The notes under the pieces are model-generated. The model searched no databases and was not told the DNA's origin. It worked only from the letters and a program-made list of their open reading frames with translations. Positions 30,057 to 40,706 of a DNA stretch of 64,000 bases are shown here, in pieces. The stretch's first letter is position 1; each line of letters starts with the position of its first letter. The DNA comes from Acidobacteriota bacterium (GTDB taxonomy: Bacteria > Acidobacteriota > Thermoanaerobaculia > Multivoradales > JAGPDF01), in assembly GCA_014584695.1 (NCBI GenBank), contig JACTMI010000004.1, positions 128,006-192,005 of the forward strand. Direction: 5' to 3'. The translations under genes were made by a program, and so were the position numbers.

Positions 30057-31165
30057 CGCGCCTCCGGCGGCAGCCGCGTCGCGAGCCGCAGCGCTTCCGG
30101 ATGCGTCGCGTCCAGACGCAGCGCCCGGGACAGATGGTGCCGCGCGCGGGACAGGTCACCGACCGCGAGGTAGGTCTGCGCCAGGGCGACGTGGACCTCG
30201 GGCAGCTCGGAGTCTTGCCGCAGCGCCTCGGTCAGATACTCGAGCGCTCGCAGGGGCTCGTCCTGGGCGAGGGCGAGCTGTCCGCGGTAGACGAAGAAAT
30301 AGGGATTCGACACGCGCAGGGCTTCGAGCCGGTCGAGCACCCGGGAGGCCTCGTCGAGGCGGCCCGCGCGCTGGTGGAGCCGCGCCAGGTTGTTGAGCAG
30401 CGCCGGCTCCTCCGGGGCGAGCGCCAGACCGGTGGCGTAGGCCGCTCCGGCGCCCGCTTCGTCCCCACGCCGAGCCCGCGCCACCCCGAGGTTGTTCCAG
30501 GCGCGAGCGAAACCGGGCGCCACCCGGACCGCGGTCGCGAGCAGCTCGGCCGCGCGCTCGGCGTCGTCGGCGAGCAGCGCTTCCGCGGCGAGATTGTTGT
30601 AGAAGTGGGCGACCGCCGTGACGTCGTCGATCGGCCGGAAGCTCCGGTAGGGCTTCGGTCGGTACGGCAGGAAGTCGTAGGTTCGCAGCGTCCCGTCGAC
30701 GCGGAGCCCCGCGACCACGTGCCCCTGGCTCACCACCATGCCGTGAGAGTGGCTCCAGCTCTGCGCGTCCTCGACCTCGACGTAGAAGGCGGCGAGCCGG
30801 TCGGCGCGCGCCAGTCCAACGAAGAGATTGACGAACGAGAGGCAGTTGCCCTGCCGGCTCCGGTAGGCGCCGGCGGCGTCGCGGGTGGGGCGGAGCCGGT
30901 ACTCGAGCCGCAGGTCGCCGAAGACGAAGTCGGCAAGGGCCGCGGCGCGCCGGACCTCGCTGGCCGAGCCGGTGCGGCGGCGTTCGGCCAGCGCCGCCAG
31001 CTCGGCGTCCAACTCGAAGGGGACGAGGACCTCCAGGGCCTGGTCGCCCATCCGGTCGACTAGCGTCGCACGGAGGTGGCGGGCCGAATCGAAGGGCTGG
31101 TAGGTGGCGCAGCCGGCCAGGCTGAGGGCCAGCAACCAGCCCCGCGGTCGATCAGCCCGGCGCAT
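30053..31165 (-). CDS. lipoprotein with a transglutaminase-like cysteine-protease core and C-terminal TPR repeats
   Basis: Lipobox LALSLAGC; GNCLSFVNLFVGLARA (TGase Cys motif) with downstream His/Asp; at least four TPR units (AWNNLGVARARRGDEAGAGAAYATGLALAP...). Confidence 0.7.
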   Translation of the reverse strand: MRRADRPRGWLLALSLAGCATYQPFDSARHLRATLVDRMGDQALEVLVPFELDAELAALAERRRTGSASEVRRAAALADFVFGDLRLEYRLRPTRDAAGAYRSRQGNCLSFVNLFVGLARADRLAAFYVEVEDAQSWSHSHGMVVSQGHVVAGLRVDGTLRTYDFLPYRPKPYRSFRPIDDVTAVAHFYNNLAAEALLADDAERAAELLATAVRVAPGFARAWNNLGVARARRGDEAGAGAAYATGLALAPEEPALLNNLARLHQRAGRLDEASRVLDRLEALRVSNPYFFVYRGQLALAQDEPLRALEYLTEALRQDSELPEVHVALAQTYLAVGDLSRARHHLSRALRLDATHPEALRLATRLPPEAR

Positions 31166-31509
31166 TCCGCAGTCTCTCTCTCGCGGTGCCGGCCCGCAAG
31201 ATGCCGCGGCCAGCGAAGTCTCGGACCGGCCCCGGCCAGGGTCGGTCCGACGCAGCAATCACCGCGCTCGTAAGGGGGGAGCGGGCGCTCGCGAGCCGCA
31301 GCTACCAGCCCGCGACCGGCCCAAGTCGGCCCCGAGGAATGACGATTGGGCACTGATTTGGCCCCACTTGCCCCAGCAGCGTTTCGGGTTAAACTGGCCG
31401 GACCAGTCGAAGCCGGAAGGAGGTGACGGAACCCGCGCGGTGGCTCTCGCGCGGGCGGGGTGGAGAAGCCCTTAGCTGAACGGACTTCATCAATGACCCG
31501 AGAAGGAGG

Positions 31510-34323
31510 TTGAGAAAGATGACAGGACGGAGTGTTTGGAGTCGCTGCGCGGCGATCGTCGGAGTGATCCTGATGATCGGCAGCGCCCCCCTGCTCGGCC
31601 AGGCTCAGGCCGGCACCATCTTCGGCACGACCCAGGACGAACAGGGTGCCGCCCTGCCGGGTGTGACCGTGACCATCCGGGGCGGTGGCGCGCCGGTCGT
31701 GGTCGTTTCGGATGCGCAAGGCGCCTTCCGCGCGGTGGGTCTGCCCCCGGGCAGCTACCACCTGAGCGCGGCGCTCGAGGGCTTCGCCACCGTCGAGTAC
31801 CCGAGCGTCAACGTCGCCGTCGGCCGCAACACGACCCTCGAAGTGCGGATGCAGGCCGCGGTCGAGGAGACGATCACGGTCACGGCCGAGTCGCCGCTGC
31901 TCGACTCGCGGCGCATCACCGCGGGCGCCCAGGTCAGCCAGGTGGAGCTCGAGAAGATCCCGAGCGCGCGCGATCCCTGGGTGATCCTGCAGACCACGCC
32001 GGGCGTGCTCGTCGACCGGGTCAACGTCGGCGGCAACGAATCGGGCCAGCAGTCGACCTACACCGGCCCGGGTGACGACGGCACCAACTCGACCTGGTCG
32101 ATCGACGGCGTCGAGATCACGGACATCGGCGCCATCGGCTCGTCGCCTTCGTACTACGACTTCGACGCCTTCGAGGAGATGCAGGTGACGAGGCGGCAGC
32201 GACGCGACGTTGCGCACCGGCGGCGTCGGCCTGAACATGGTGACCAAGCGCGGCACCAACCAGTGGCGCGGCACGGCCCGCTACCTCTACTCGGACGACT
32301 CCTGGCAGTCGAACCTCAACTTCGACCGCGGTGAGCTGGCGCCCGGCCAGCCCGCCTTCGCCCAGGGCAACCGGATCGTCGAGGTCACCGACTGGGGCGG
32401 CGACATCGGTGGCCCGATCGTCAAGGACAAGCTGTGGTTCTGGGCCTCTTACGGCGAGAACGACATCCGCCTGCTGACGGTGCTCGACGTGCCGGACAAC
32501 ACGCTGCTCAGATCAAGATCGGGCGCAACGCCTCGCCGACGCGGCCGCCGGAGACGACCTGGAACCAGGGCGGCTATGGCGGCGGGCCGACGGTGCTCAA
32601 GGTCGAGGACACCCACATCTTCTCCTCGGCCTTCTTCCTCTCGGCGATGTACTCGGAGACCAACGGCAGCTTCCAGCTCGCCCCCCAGGGCGGCTTCACG
32701 CCGACCCAGAACAAAGCGGCCCTGGACGAGGACTTCATCTGGCGCAACACCTTCCTCTTCTACGGCAGCAAGCGGCCGCAGGACCAGGCGAAGGTCGACG
32801 GGTCCTACTTCTTCGGCACCGGCAACCTGAGCCACGAGCTGAAGTTCGGCACCAGCTACCGCGAGGGTGAGATCCGCTCGCTGTCCCGCTGGCCGGGCGG
32901 CGGCATCGACCTCAACTTCTACGAGCAGTACGGCTACGCCTACAACATCGTTCAGCTGACCAACGACGGCATCACCAACTACAACGTCCGCTACACCAAC
33001 GCCTACGTCCAGGACACCATCACGACCGGTAACCTGACGCTCAACGTTGGCGCGCGCTACGACAAGCAGGACGGCAAGCAGCTGGCGGGTGTCTCGGCGG
33101 CGAATCCGACTTTCCCGGCGCTGATTCCGCAGCGGACATTCGGGGGTCAGGACATCGGCTTCGACTGGACCTCGATCAGCCCGCGTCTGGGTCTGACCTA
33201 CAACGTCGGCGGCGCCAACCGGACGCTCCTGCGGGCGAGCTACTCCCGCTTCGCCGAGCAGTTGTCGGGCCTGGCGGCGTCGTGGACCTACCCGCTCTAC
33301 CCGTACACTTCGGTCTACACCTACTACGACGACCGCAACGGCGACGGCCACTCGCAGGCCAACGAGATCATCCCGGGAGTGCTGTTCAACTCGGGCAACT
33401 ACAATCCGGCGAACCCGTCGCAGATCGTCATCTCCTCGGCCGTCGACTCCAACCTCGACCCGCCGATGACCGACGAGCTGCTGCTCGCCTTCGAGCACGC
33501 CGTGCGGCCGGAGTTCGTGGTCGGCGTGAACTTCACCTACCGGCTGACCACGGACATCCTGGAGAACGAGCGGTTGGTCTTCGACGGTGACGCCACGTCG
33601 CCGGCGAACATCAACAGCCTCGGCCGCGTCCATCGGCGCAGCGACTACGTGCAGACCGGCACTGTCAACGTGACGCTGCCCAACGGGCAGGCGAGGTCGA
33701 TCCCGGTCTACGGGCTGCGGCCCGGAGTCACGACGCGCAACAACAACTCGCTCGGCGTCCAGTCCGGTGGCTTCCTGACCAACGGCGACCGCGAGCAGGA
33801 GTACATGGGCGTCTCCTTCACGTTCAACAAGCGGCTGTCGAACCGCTGGATGGCGCGCGGCAACTTCACCTGGTCGGACTGGGAGTGGAAGGTCCCAGAG
33901 AGCGAGCGGGAGGATCCGAACCAGTCCTTCGGCGGCGGCAACCGGGACGGCGACGCGGTGGTGACCTGCGTCGGCACCGGTTCGGGGGCCAAGGCCGGGG
34001 TGTGCATCAACAGCAGCTGGTCGTACAGCCTCAACTGGGTGCGAGCGCCGCAGGGTGGTATCAGCGGCGTCTACAACTTGATGGTCACCGACCGGCCGGA
34101 TCAGTTCCGGGCCGACGACATCCACGTCGTCGACCTGCGAGTCGAGAAGGAGTTCACTTTCGACCGCGTCGGGCTGACCGTCGGCGCGGACGTGTTCAAC
34201 GTCTTCAACGAGGGCACCGTGCTGCAGCGCGAGCTGCGGCTCGGCCAGGCGCAGGGCAACTTCGTTCGCGAGGTGCTCTCGCCCCGGGTGTTCCGACTCG
34301 GCGCCCGGTTGAGCTTCAACTGA
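31510..34323 (+). pseudogene. TonB-dependent-receptor-like outer-membrane protein (CarboxypepD_reg + plug + beta-barrel), copy 1, disrupted by two compensating frameshifts
   Basis: GAAGGAGG RBS and signal peptide; frame switches +1 at about 32191 (after FEEMQVT) and back at about 32510 (after LDVPDNTLL); C-terminus ARLSFN; three track ORFs (31510.., 32210.., 32434..) tile the gene. Confidence 0.6.
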
Positions 34324-34688
34324 TCGCCGCCTGACGCCTGATCGCGCGCCGCCGGACCTTCGGGACCGGCGGCGCGCGGTGTTTTCGGCCGCCTCCCGCT
34401 CCGCCGGGATGGATCGCCCCACCGCGCCTGCCTGAACGACGAGGGACCAATCGCGCTTGACGGGGGCGAGGCGGCGGTCCGCGGACCGGGAGTCCCACTC
34501 GTCGCCCTCCGAGCGCTGGCTCCCGCCTTGCTCCCGGAGCTCCTCACACGCGAACCCGTGAAGCCACGCCGGCCCCAGCGGGCGGCCGGAGAGAGCGCCA
34601 GCAAAGAGCTCAGGGGCCAACGGACCGCGCGACCGCCCGCCGCATGGCGCGGCCGGGCGAACCGCTCGCAGCGGGAAGGAGCATCGGC

Positions 34689-37532
34689 ATGAGAAGCAGG
34701 ATCTCGTGGTACCGAAGCGCCGCGATCCTCGGCGCGGCCTGGCTGGTCGGCGCGGCGGCAGCCGTCGGCCAGGTGCAGTCGGGCAATGTCTACGGCACCG
34801 TCAGGGACGCCGCCGGCGCCCCTCTTCCGGGCGTCGTCGTCACCATGACCGGCGGCGGCGCTCCCGCCGTCCAGGTCTCGGACGCGCAGGGGACGTTCCG
34901 CGTTCTCGGCCTCAGCCCCGGGACCTATCAGCTCGTCGCCGCGCTGGACGGCTTCGCCAACGTCGAGTACCCGAGCGTGACCGTCGCCGTCGGCCGCAAC
35001 ACTTCGCTCGAGATCACGATGCAGTCGGCGATCGAGGAGACGATCACGGTCACGGCCGAGTCGCCGCTGCTCGATTCGCGGCGCATCACCGCGGGCGCCC
35101 AGGTCAGCCAGGTGGAGCTCGAGAAGATCCCGAGCGCGCGCGATCCCTGGGTGATCCTGCAAAGCACGCCGGGCGTGCTCGTCGACCGGGTCAACGTCGG
35201 CGGCAACGAATCGGGCCAGCAGTCGACCTACACCGGCCCCGGCGACACCGGCGCCAACGCCGCCTGGTCGATCGACGGCGTCGAGATCACGGACATCGGC
35301 GCCATCGGCTCGTCGCCTTCGTACTACGACTTCGACGCCTTCGAGGAGATGCAGGTGACGAGCTGCGCACCGGCGGCGTCGGGATGAACATGGTGACCAA
35401 GCGCGGCACCAACCAGTGGCGCGGCTCGGCCCGGCTGCTGCGCGCCGAAGACTCCTGGCAGTCGGACCTCGACTTCGACCGCGGCGACCTGGCGCCGAAC
35501 CAGCCCGCCTTCGCCCAGGGCAACCGGATCGTCAGCGTCGAGGACTACGGCGCCGAGCTCGGCGGCCCGATCGTCAAGGACAAGCTGTGGTTCTGGGCCT
35601 CTTACGGCGAGAACGACATCCGCCTGCTGACGGTGCTCGACGTGCCGGACAACACGCTGCTCGGCGACCTTCTTCTACTCGAACAACGAGAAGATCAAGA
35701 TCGGGCGCAACGCCTCGCCGACGCGGCCGCCGGAAACGACTTGGAATCAGGGCGGTTGGGGCGGCGGTCCGACGGTCGTCAAGGTCGAGGACACGCAGGT
35801 CTTCTCCTCGAGCTTCTTCGCCTCGGTGATGTACTCCGAATCCAATGGCAGCTTCCAGTTGACGCCGCAGGGCGGCACCTCGCCGACCCAGAACAAGGCG
35901 TCGCTGGACGAGAACTTCGTGTGGGGAAACACCTTCCTGTTCTATGGCAGCAAGCGGCCGCAGACCCAAGCGAAGGCCGACGGGTCCTACTTCTTCGGCA
36001 CCGGCAACCTGAGCCACGAGCTGAAGTTCGGCACCAGCTACCGCGAGGGCGAGATCCGGTCGCTGACCCGCTGGCCGGGCGGCGGCATCGACCTGAACTT
36101 CTACGTCGCCAACTACGGCTACGCCTACAACATCGTCCAGCTGACCAACGATGGCATCTGGAACTACGACGTCGAGTACACGAACGCCTACGTCCAGGAC
36201 ACCATCACGACCGGCAACCTGACCGTGAACTTCGGCGCCCGCTACGACCTCCAGGGCGGAACGCAGCGGGCCGGAGTCGCGGCGGCGAATCCGACTTTTC
36301 CGGCGCTCATTCCGGAGCGTCGCTTCGCGGGCCAGGACATCGGCTTCGAGTGGTCGACGATCAGCCCGCGCCTGGGTCTGACCTACAACGTCGCCGGCGG
36401 CAACCGGACGCTGCTGCGGGCGAGCTATGCCCGCTTCGCCGATCAGCTCTCCGGCCTGGCCGCCGGCTGGACCTACCCCCTCTATCCCTACACTTCGGTC
36501 TACACCTACTACGACGACCGCAACGGCGACGGCCATTCACAGGGCAGCGAGATCATCCCCGACGTGCTGTTCAACTCCGGCAACTACGACCCGGCCAACC
36601 CGTCCCTGATCCTGTTCTCTTCGGCCGTCGACCCGGGACTCGACGCGCCGGTGACCGACGAGCTCCTGTTCGCGGTCGAGCATGCCCTCCTGCCGGAGTT
36701 CGTGGTCGGGCTCAACCTGACTTACCGGCTGTCGACCGACCTGCTGGAGCAGGAGCGCCTGGTCTTCGACGGCGACCCCTACTCGGCGACCAACGTGCGC
36801 AGCGTCGGCCGCGTCCACCGGCGCGACGACTACGTCCAGACCGGCACCGTCACGGTGACGCTGCCGGGCGAGTCGACGCCACGACAGGTGCCGGTCTACG
36901 GACTGCGGCCGGGGGTCGGAACCCGCAACGGCAACGTCCTGGGCGTCCAGCAGGGGGGCTATCTGACCAACGGCGACCGGGAGCAGGAGTACCTGGGAGT
37001 CTCGTTCACGTTCAACAAGCGGCTGTCGAACCGCTGGATGGCGCGCGGCAACTTCACCTGGTCGGACTGGGAGTGGAAAGTGCCGGAGAGCGAGCGGGAG
37101 GATCCGAACCAGCTGTTCGGCGGTGGCAACCGGGACGGCGACGCGGTGGTGACCTGCGTCGGCACCGGTTCGGGGGCCAAGGCCGGGGTGTGCATCAACA
37201 GCAGCTGGTCGTACAGCCTCAACGAGGGCTACGCGATGCCCTATTGGGTTCGCGCGAGCCTAGCGGGCGTCAGTGGCGCCTACTACCTGAACATCACCGA
37301 CCGGCCGGATCAGTTCCGGACCGACGACGTGCACACGCTCGATCTCCGGGTCGAGAAGGAGCTGACGTTCGATCGCTTCGGCCTCACGCTCGGGATCGAC
37401 GCGTTCAACGTCTTCAACTCCGGCACGGTCCTGCAGCGGGAGCTGCGGCTCAATCAGGGACAGGGAGACTGGGTGCGCGAGGTGCTCTCGCCCCGGGTCT
37501 TCCGGGTGGGCGCGCGGCTCAGCTTCAACTAG
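34689..37532 (+). pseudogene. TonB-dependent-receptor-like outer-membrane protein, copy 2 (tandem paralog), disrupted at the same two positions
   Basis: GGAAGGAG RBS and signal peptide MRSRISWYRSAAILGAAWLVGAAAAVGQ; frame switches at about 35361 and about 35668; otherwise collinear with copy 1 with high amino-acid identity. Confidence 0.6.
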
Positions 37533-37647
37533 CGCCCAGCCGGCTGTCGCGGTGAGGAGGGCGCCGCCGGGCCACGGCTCGGCGGCGCCCCGGCTTTCTT
37601 GGGGAGCCGCGGCGCCGGAGTGTAGACTCGCGAGCGAGGAGCCGAGG

Positions 37648-38592
37648 ATGAATTCCACCAACCTGTCGCGTACGGCGGTGGCGCTGCTGCTCGGGCTGGC
37701 GGTGCTCCTGCCGGCCACCGGGACCGCGCAGGACTGGAAAGGGCGTGGCCGCATCCAGGGCGAGGTGACCGACGAGCGAGGAGCGCCCGTCGCCGCGGCC
37801 AGCGTGACGCTGCGTTGGGGCGTGGCGCCCGACCAGGGACCGGCGCCGCTCGCCACCGACAGGAAGGGCAAGTGGTCCTTTCTGGGGCTGGTCGGCGGGG
37901 CCTGGATCGTGCTCGTCGAGGCGCCGGGCTTCGTGCCTCAGGAGGGATCGGTCCAGGTCAACGAATTCGGCGCGGTGCCGCCGATCAAGATGAAGCTGCG
38001 GCCGGCGGAGGCGAGCGCCGCGCCGGTCGATCCCGCAGTCGCGGCGATCGAGGAGGGCAACCGCCTCCTGGGCGAGGGGCGCCACGCGGAGGCGCGGGCC
38101 GCCTACGAGCGCTCGCTCGCCGATCTGCCGGCGGCGAGCCGTCCGGCGGTGATGCGGGCCGTCGCGCGCACCTGGTTCGACGGCGGCGATGCGGCGCGCG
38201 CGATCACCGTGCTCGAAGAGAGCCTGGCGCTCGCGCCGGACGACGCCGAGTCGCTGCGCTTGATCGTCACCCTGCTGGTCGCGGCCGGCCGGGAGGCCGA
38301 CGCCCGCGCCTACATGGCCCGTCTCCCCGCCGGTGCCGAGGTCGACGCCGACACGCTGCTCAACCTGGGCATCGATCTCTACAACCAGAACCGGCTCGAG
38401 GAGGCGCTGGCCGAGTTCGACCGCGTCGTGACGCAGCAGCCGACGCTCCCCGATGCCTATTACTACCGGGGCCTCGCGCGCCTCGGGCTGGGGCGCGGCG
38501 AAGAGGCCAAGGCCGACTTCCAGAAGCTGCTCGACCTCGACCCGAGCCACGCCAAGGCCGAGGATTGCCGACAGTTCCTCTCCTCGCTCTGA
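37648..38592 (+). CDS. secreted protein with an N-terminal CarboxypepD_reg-like domain and C-terminal TPR repeats
   Basis: Signal peptide; GRIQGEVTDERGAPVAAASVTL prealbumin-like unit; TPR-like helices (AYYYRGLARLGLGRGEEAKADFQKLLDLDP). Confidence 0.6.
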   Translation: MNSTNLSRTAVALLLGLAVLLPATGTAQDWKGRGRIQGEVTDERGAPVAAASVTLRWGVAPDQGPAPLATDRKGKWSFLGLVGGAWIVLVEAPGFVPQEGSVQVNEFGAVPPIKMKLRPAEASAAPVDPAVAAIEEGNRLLGEGRHAEARAAYERSLADLPAASRPAVMRAVARTWFDGGDAARAITVLEESLALAPDDAESLRLIVTLLVAAGREADARAYMARLPAGAEVDADTLLNLGIDLYNQNRLEEALAEFDRVVTQQPTLPDAYYYRGLARLGLGRGEEAKADFQKLLDLDPSHAKAEDCRQFLSSL

Positions 38593-38618
38593 CCGCGAGG
38601 CGACGAGGCCGGGGGCGC

Positions 38619-40706
38619 GTGCGTCGCGCAGGCTCTCCGCTGCCGCTCGCCGGTCTGCTCGTCGCGCTCGCGGCCGCCGGTGCTTGTGACTCCGGGCGCG
38701 AGGCGGCGGCGCCGCCACCCCCGGCGGCGCGCCCGGACGTCGTGCTGATCACCGTCGATACGCTGCGCTGGGACGCGGTCGGATTCGCCGGCAACTCGCG
38801 AGTGCGGACGCCGACGCTCGACCGGCTCGCGGTCGCCGGCAGGGTCTTCACCGACGCGCACGCCCACAACGTCGTCACGCTGCCGTCCCACGTCAACATC
38901 CTGACCGGGCTCTATCCCTTCCAGCACGGCGTCCGCGACAACGCCGGCTTCGTGCTCGGCGAGGAGGTTCCGACGCTGGCGACGCTCTTGTCGGCCGCGG
39001 GTTACGCCACCGGGGCCTTCGTCGCGGCCTACCCGCTCGATCGGCGCTACGGACTAGCCCGCGGCTTCGACCTCTACGACGACCGATTCCGCCGCGGCAC
39101 CGACCCGGCCGCCTTCGTCATCGCCGAGCGGCGCGGCGACGAGGTCGTGGCCAATGCGCTCGGCTGGTGGCGCTCGGCGGCCGGACGCCCGCGGTTTCTC
39201 TGGCTCCACCTCTACGATCCCCACGCCGCCTACGAGCCGCCCGAGCCGTTCGCCTCGGAGTATCGCGATCACCCCTATCTCGGCGAGGTTGCGGCGACGG
39301 ACGCCTTCCTGACGCCGTTGCTCGCGCCGCACCTCGACGGCGCCGAACCGCCGGCCCTCGTCCTGTTCACTTCGGACCACGGCGAAGCGCTGGGCGCGCA
39401 CGGCGAGCTGACCCATGGACTGTTCGCTTACGAACCGACGCTCAAGGTTCCGCTCGTCCTCTGGGGTCCGGGCGTCGAGCCCGGGCGCGACGGCCGCGCG
39501 GCGCGCCACGTCGACATCGTCCCCACGGTCCTCGAGGCGCTCGCGCTCGCGCCGCCGGGGCGACTGCCCGGCCACTCGCTCCTCGGACCCCCGGGCGCCG
39601 GGGTCGAGACCTACTTCGAGGCCCTGACCACCGCCCTGCACCGCGGCTGGGCGCCGCTCTTCGGCGTCATCCGCGACGGCGTCAAGGTGGTCGATCTGCC
39701 GGAGCCCGAGCTCTACCGTCTGGTCGAGGATCCCGAGGAGCGAGAAAACCGCTACGGCGCCGAGGCCGCGCTCGCGCGCGAGCTGCTGGCGCGGCGACCG
39801 GCCACCGCGTGGCCGCCGCAGCGGCCGGCGGCGAGCGGCGACGAGGAGGCGGCCCGGCTGCGCAGCCTCGGGTACCTGGTGGGCTCGGCGCCGCTGCGCG
39901 AGGCGTTCGGTCCCGAGGACGACCCGAAGCGGTTGGTCGGTCTCGACCGCCAGATCCACCTGGCGATCGATCACTACTCACGCGGCAGGTTCGCCGAGGC
40001 GGCGCGCCTCGGCGCCGCGATCGCGCGCGATCGCCCGGGGATGGCCGACGGCTACACGATGGGCGCGCTCGCGCTGCGTCAGCTGGAGCGCCACGAGGAG
40101 GCGATCGCGCTGCTCGCGACCGGCCGCGAGCGGACCGGCGGCGACGAGTCGGTGGTGCGCGCCCTCGGGCTCGCGCTCGCCGAGACCGGTCGCGCCGGCC
40201 GGGCGGTGGAGCTGCTTTCCCCCCTCGAGACGACGGGCCAACCCGAGACGCTGCGCGCCCTGGCGACCGCGCTCGCCGACGCGGGCGAGCCCGAGCGGGC
40301 GCGGCGGGTCCTCGACCGCGCGCTGCGGGAGCTGCCGGACGACCCGCGGGCGATCGAGCTCGCTGGCGTCATCGCCCTGCGCGACGGCCGTCCCGAGGAG
40401 GCGCGTCGTCACCTCGAACGGGCGCTCGAGCTCAACGACGAGCTGGCGACCGCCTGGAACTCGCTCGGCGTCGCGCTCTATCCGATCGAGGGTCCACGCG
40501 CCGCTCTGGGTGCCTGGCAGCGGGCGGTCGAGCTCGATCCGCGGCAGTTCGACGCGCTGTTCAACCTCGGGCTCGTGGCGGCGAGCGTCGGCGAACGAGA
40601 GCTGGCGCGGCGCGCGCTCGAGCAGTTCCTGCGCACCGCCCCGCCGGAACGCTACGCGCCAGACTTCGCGCGCGCCCGCGGACTGCTCGTCGAGGTGGCG
40701 GGATGA
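38619..40706 (+). CDS. lipoprotein: sulfatase-fold (alkaline-phosphatase superfamily) domain with Thr at the nucleophile position, plus C-terminal TPR domain (paralog 1)
   Basis: GTG start; lipobox-like LAAAGAC; VLITVDTLRWD metal-site motif; TLPSHVNILTGLYP in place of the C/SxPxR formylglycine motif; TSDHGE..HG; TPR repeats after about residue 430. Confidence 0.7.
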   Translation: MRRAGSPLPLAGLLVALAAAGACDSGREAAAPPPPAARPDVVLITVDTLRWDAVGFAGNSRVRTPTLDRLAVAGRVFTDAHAHNVVTLPSHVNILTGLYPFQHGVRDNAGFVLGEEVPTLATLLSAAGYATGAFVAAYPLDRRYGLARGFDLYDDRFRRGTDPAAFVIAERRGDEVVANALGWWRSAAGRPRFLWLHLYDPHAAYEPPEPFASEYRDHPYLGEVAATDAFLTPLLAPHLDGAEPPALVLFTSDHGEALGAHGELTHGLFAYEPTLKVPLVLWGPGVEPGRDGRAARHVDIVPTVLEALALAPPGRLPGHSLLGPPGAGVETYFEALTTALHRGWAPLFGVIRDGVKVVDLPEPELYRLVEDPEERENRYGAEAALARELLARRPATAWPPQRPAASGDEEAARLRSLGYLVGSAPLREAFGPEDDPKRLVGLDRQIHLAIDHYSRGRFAEAARLGAAIARDRPGMADGYTMGALALRQLERHEEAIALLATGRERTGGDESVVRALGLALAETGRAGRAVELLSPLETTGQPETLRALATALADAGEPERARRVLDRALRELPDDPRAIELAGVIALRDGRPEEARRHLERALELNDELATAWNSLGVALYPIEGPRAALGAWQRAVELDPRQFDALFNLGLVAASVGERELARRALEQFLRTAPPERYAPDFARARGLLVEVAG

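Noticed and set aside
31510-37532. Programmed ribosomal frameshifting as an explanation for the OMP frame switches
   Set aside because: There are no slippery heptamers or stimulatory structures at the four junctions, the lesions differ between copies, and each coincides with an indel between paralogs. Pseudogenisation, gene conversion or an assembly artefact is more parsimonious.
34706-37555. 949-aa single ORF spanning OMP copy 2 in an alternative frame
   Set aside because: Only its middle about 100 codons coincide with the real out-of-frame segment; the rest is low-complexity. The biologically meaningful reading is the three-piece TonB-receptor-like gene.
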